This document shows, piece after piece, positions 61,160 through 64,000 of a stretch of 64,000 bases of DNA. The position numbers and the translations under genes were made by a program. Source of the stretch: an uncultured Candidatus Saccharibacteria bacterium (GTDB lineage Bacteria > Patescibacteriota > CALEFQ01); assembly GCA_965230955.1 (NCBI GenBank), contig OZ246404.1:225184-289183 (forward strand), in the 5' to 3' direction. The notes below the pieces were generated by a model. It had not been told where the DNA came from. It was given only the letters and a program-made list of their open reading frames with translations, and did not search any database. The first letter of the stretch is position 1. Each line of letters starts with the position of its first letter.

Positions 61160-61687
61160 ATGGCTATTACCCGTCAGGAAAAAGAAGAGATCGTAAAAAA
61201 ACTAGTTGATAAATTCAACAGCGCCGAAGCGGTTGTTTTTATGGATTACGCCGGCATGACGGTGGCTGATTTCGGTAAATTGCGCAAAGAATTGCGCAAA
61301 ACCAATGGTTCCGTGCTCATCGCTAAAAATACTTTGGTCAAGCGGGCGCTGGATAAATCTGATCGTAAGGGACTCAAGATCGAGCAATTCAAAGGCCCGA
61401 TTGCGCTGGCTTTTTCCGGTGATGATGTCGTGGCACCGGCTCGTTTGATCCAAAAACTTGCCAAAGAGCAGAAGAAAAACCGCATTATGAAAGGTCTGCT
61501 GGAAAACAAGCTGATTGAGAAGACGGCGGTTGTTTCACTGGCTCAATTGCCGACCAAGCCTGAAATGCTTGGCAAACTGGTAGGTACCATTCAGGCTCCG
61601 ATTTCCGGCTTTGTTAACGTATTAGCCGGTAATTTAAGAGGTTTAGTTCAAGTCTTATCCGCAATTAAGGACGCTAAAAGCGCTTAA
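61160..61687 (+). CDS. rplJ: 50S ribosomal protein L10
   Basis: DYAGMTV..LRKELR, KNTL, LAQLPTK. Confidence 0.96.
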   Translation: MAITRQEKEEIVKKLVDKFNSAEAVVFMDYAGMTVADFGKLRKELRKTNGSVLIAKNTLVKRALDKSDRKGLKIEQFKGPIALAFSGDDVVAPARLIQKLAKEQKKNRIMKGLLENKLIEKTAVVSLAQLPTKPEMLGKLVGTIQAPISGFVNVLAGNLRGLVQVLSAIKDAKSA

Positions 61688-61722
61688 TATTTATTTAAGC
61701 CTTAGCGCATAATTTAAATCGT

Positions 61723-62151
61723 ATGGTAGAAGAAGCAAAAGCCGCTGCTCCCGAAGCAGCGAAGAAAGATGTCGTTGTTCCCGAGAAATTCAAAAATCTC
61801 GTGTCCGAAATCGAAAAGATGAATGTTCTCGATCTCTCGGAACTGGTCAAAGTTCTGGAAGATAAATTTGGCGTTTCCGCTTCCGCTCCGATGGCCATGG
61901 CCGCCGCTCCGGCTGGCGCTGGTGCCGAAGTTGAAGAAAAGACCGAATTCGATTTGGAATTGGCTGCCGCCGGTACCCAGAAAATTCAAGTGATCAAGGT
62001 GATCCGCGAATTGACCGGTAAAGGTTTAAAAGAAGCGAAAGACATCTGTGATGGCGCGCCGAAGATTGTCAAAGAAAAGATGCCGAAAAAAGATGCCGAA
62101 GAAGCCAAGAAGAAAATCGAAGCCGCCGGCGGAAAAGCGAATTTGAAATAA
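61723..62151 (+). CDS. rplL: 50S ribosomal protein L7/L12
   Basis: [26 protein letters not shown]. Confidence 0.97.
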   Translation: MVEEAKAAAPEAAKKDVVVPEKFKNLVSEIEKMNVLDLSELVKVLEDKFGVSASAPMAMAAAPAGAGAEVEEKTEFDLELAAAGTQKIQVIKVIRELTGKGLKEAKDICDGAPKIVKEKMPKKDAEEAKKKIEAAGGKANLK

Positions 62152-62175
62152 CAGATTGTGTGTGGACGATAGCCG

Positions 62176-62206
62176 AAAAACCACCCCTCTTGACGGGGTG
62201 GTTTTT
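62176..62206 (+). terminator. Intrinsic terminator after rplL
   Basis: aaaaaccacccc-tcttgac-ggggtggttttt. Confidence 0.8.
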
Positions 62207-62361
62207 GTCTAGTTGACATAGTTTGTCCACAGTGCTATAATTATCATGTAAAAAGAAATTGTTCTGGCCTGAATACTTTATTTGGTATTTACCTTTTATA
62301 TTAATAAGTATTTAGCCGCTATAGATGGCTTTTTTTAGCTATATATAGCCAAATTACAAAC

Positions 62362-64000
62362 ATGACAAAGCGAAACACTTACATTGTAACCGCCATTGTG
62401 GTGGCCTGCGTGGTCATCGGGGTGGTGGTTTATGCTAACTGGGATAATCTCCGAACGGCCATTGGGCTTGGTGGGGAATTTAACACCGGCTGGGTTGAAT
62501 TGCGCGACGGTACAACGGTTGCTGGCACGACCTATCAGGTGACCCAGAATCCGGCTGATCCCGATACCGAACCGGTATTGATGCCGGCCTATGCTCCGTT
62601 TAACGGCAAGATTTCCCGTTGGGATGTTGGTGAAGGAAGCTGGGCTGATCGGGAAGGTCCGATTGTCATGTCCTTAGGCAATGATTTCCCGACTGGCAGT
62701 TTCAATGTCAAAATGAAATTGAAATATGCCGGCTCGCAACCGACTCAGGCTGAGCCGTTATTGATAGAAACTCTTGATGCGGCCGGGGCTCTCAAAAGTA
62801 CGATGACAATCCGAGACGGTGAAAGTAATTGTAATCGAGATAATACCGATTGGGTTGATGTCGATTCCAATTGCAGTTCCGGCGGCGGTACGCCTTTGAA
62901 ATTAGAATTTGTGAAAAATGGAAAAATCAGATTCACCGCTACTCAAGGAAGTTTGAACATTGGTGGAATAGAAATATCCGGGCAAACCGGTTTGCAGGGG
63001 CCAAATGTTGATATTCCCAAAACTGCCGATAAATCTCAAATTCAGCCCACAGAAGACATGAAATTCACTTTTACGATCAAGAACTTGACTGCCCAAACGG
63101 CGACCAAGGTTTTTCTGTATGAGACTTTTATGGATGGAAATCTGGATGGCATGATTAACATGGATACCAGTACGATCAGCACCCCGGGTGGAACTCCAGT
63201 GACTTTAAGTAGCCTGGGTACTTGCGCCGGGACTCCTGAAGCCGGCGGCTACTGTTTTATGGATTTAGGCGGTGCTGCGGGTGTGCCCGACACGCTGGTC
63301 GCTTACTTGCCGACTTTAAATGCAAGTGCTTCAATACCGATCAATCTCACTTTCAAACCAAAAGTTGCTGGCTTTGAAGCCAAAACCTATACCAATTATG
63401 TCGGTATTACTTCCCAAGAAATGAATGCCAGCAATACCTCTTTCCCCAGCGCGATTTTAGAAGAGATTGCTCATACGAATCCCAAACCATGGACTTGGAA
63501 GACCAGTTCCGCGCCGGTTAAGGTTATTGGTGGCGTAACGCCTCCGGGCGCTCTTTTGCTCGATAAAACACCCGCGACACAAACTGTGGCGCAAGGCGCT
63601 GCCGCTATTTTCGAAGTAAAAATGGGCAATTCAACCGCGGTACCCCAAAGCCAGGTTTTCTTCTGGGATACCTGGGCTGATGATCCGTCTAATCCTAATT
63701 CCAATAAGAATTTAGATCAGCAGGTCGATTCGGTCTGGATAAACATTCCCGGTTCCACCTCAGATTATGTTCAGTTGACGGGAGCCAAACCTGATTATTC
63801 CAATTGCGGAGGAACGGCCGAATTAGCGGCTTGTTATATTGATATTGATGCTGATGGCGCCGGTGACACGATCTTGATGTATACCAATCAGGCCTTGGGA
63901 CAATTCCCGTTGACTAAAATGTTTGACCTTAAGTTTAATTTCAAAAGTACGGCCGCGCTTGAAACTTATACCAATCATGTCGGTGTGACCTCTAAAGAAA
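62362..64000 (+). CDS. Large membrane-anchored surface protein with DUF11-like repeats (runs off window; not in ORF track)
   Basis: MTKRNTYIVTAIVVACVVIGVVVYA, open to window end; KTADK..FTFTIKN and repeated YTN(Y/H)VG(I/V)TS(Q/K)E; TTGACA-17-TATAAT upstream. Confidence 0.82.
   Translation, partial: MTKRNTYIVTAIVVACVVIGVVVYANWDNLRTAIGLGGEFNTGWVELRDGTTVAGTTYQVTQNPADPDTEPVLMPAYAPFNGKISRWDVGEGSWADREGPIVMSLGNDFPTGSFNVKMKLKYAGSQPTQAEPLLIETLDAAGALKSTMTIRDGESNCNRDNTDWVDVDSNCSSGGGTPLKLEFVKNGKIRFTATQGSLNIGGIEISGQTGLQGPNVDIPKTADKSQIQPTEDMKFTFTIKNLTAQTATKVFLYETFMDGNLDGMINMDTSTISTPGGTPVTLSSLGTCAGTPEAGGYCFMDLGGAAGVPDTLVAYLPTLNASASIPINLTFKPKVAGFEAKTYTNYVGITSQEMNASNTSFPSAILEEIAHTNPKPWTWKTSSAPVKVIGGVTPPGALLLDKTPATQTVAQGAAAIFEVKMGNSTAVPQSQVFFWDTWADDPSNPNSNKNLDQQVDSVWINIPGSTSDYVQLTGAKPDYSNCGGTAELAACYIDIDADGAGDTILMYTNQALGQFPLTKMFDLKFNFKSTAALETYTNHVGVTSKE

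Overview
A 64-kb bacterial chromosomal segment, mostly housekeeping genes: a UvrD-nuclease helicase, pheS/pheT, gyrB, secE-nusG-rplK, rplA, gatB, miaA/miaB, thrS, dnaE, rodA, rplY, prmC-prfA-rpmE, rpsB-tsf-pyrH, three tRNAs with rpmG, trxB, a prenyl synthase with ispH-ispG-uppS, pcm, manC, mltG and rplJ-rplL. Gene content and the mostly SD-less core genes suggest a Patescibacteria (CPR) genome using the standard code (inference). Three unexplained layers stand out. (1) About ten self-contained ORFan cassettes, nearly all with a sigma70-like promoter, a strong AAGGAGG-type SD and a terminator; they include dGTPase-like, MYG1-like and HAD hydrolases and a tandem trio sharing a 41-bp direct repeat. 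(2) A family of 7-9-mer tandem-repeat arms at gene junctions, often inverted; one pair encloses a four-helix-bundle (Avd/IVP-like) gene between pheS and pheT, and another sits inside the L10 leader. (3) A 6.8-kb nucleotide-chemistry island between rplK and rplA: APH-type kinase, cytidylyltransferase, HIT, Nudix, dCMP deaminase, an MtrA-like/thymidylate synthase fusion and a GT4. Also present are a Thr T-box upstream of thrS, REP-like palindromes and terminal MEP-pathway genes. All calls come from motif reading by eye; no searches were run.
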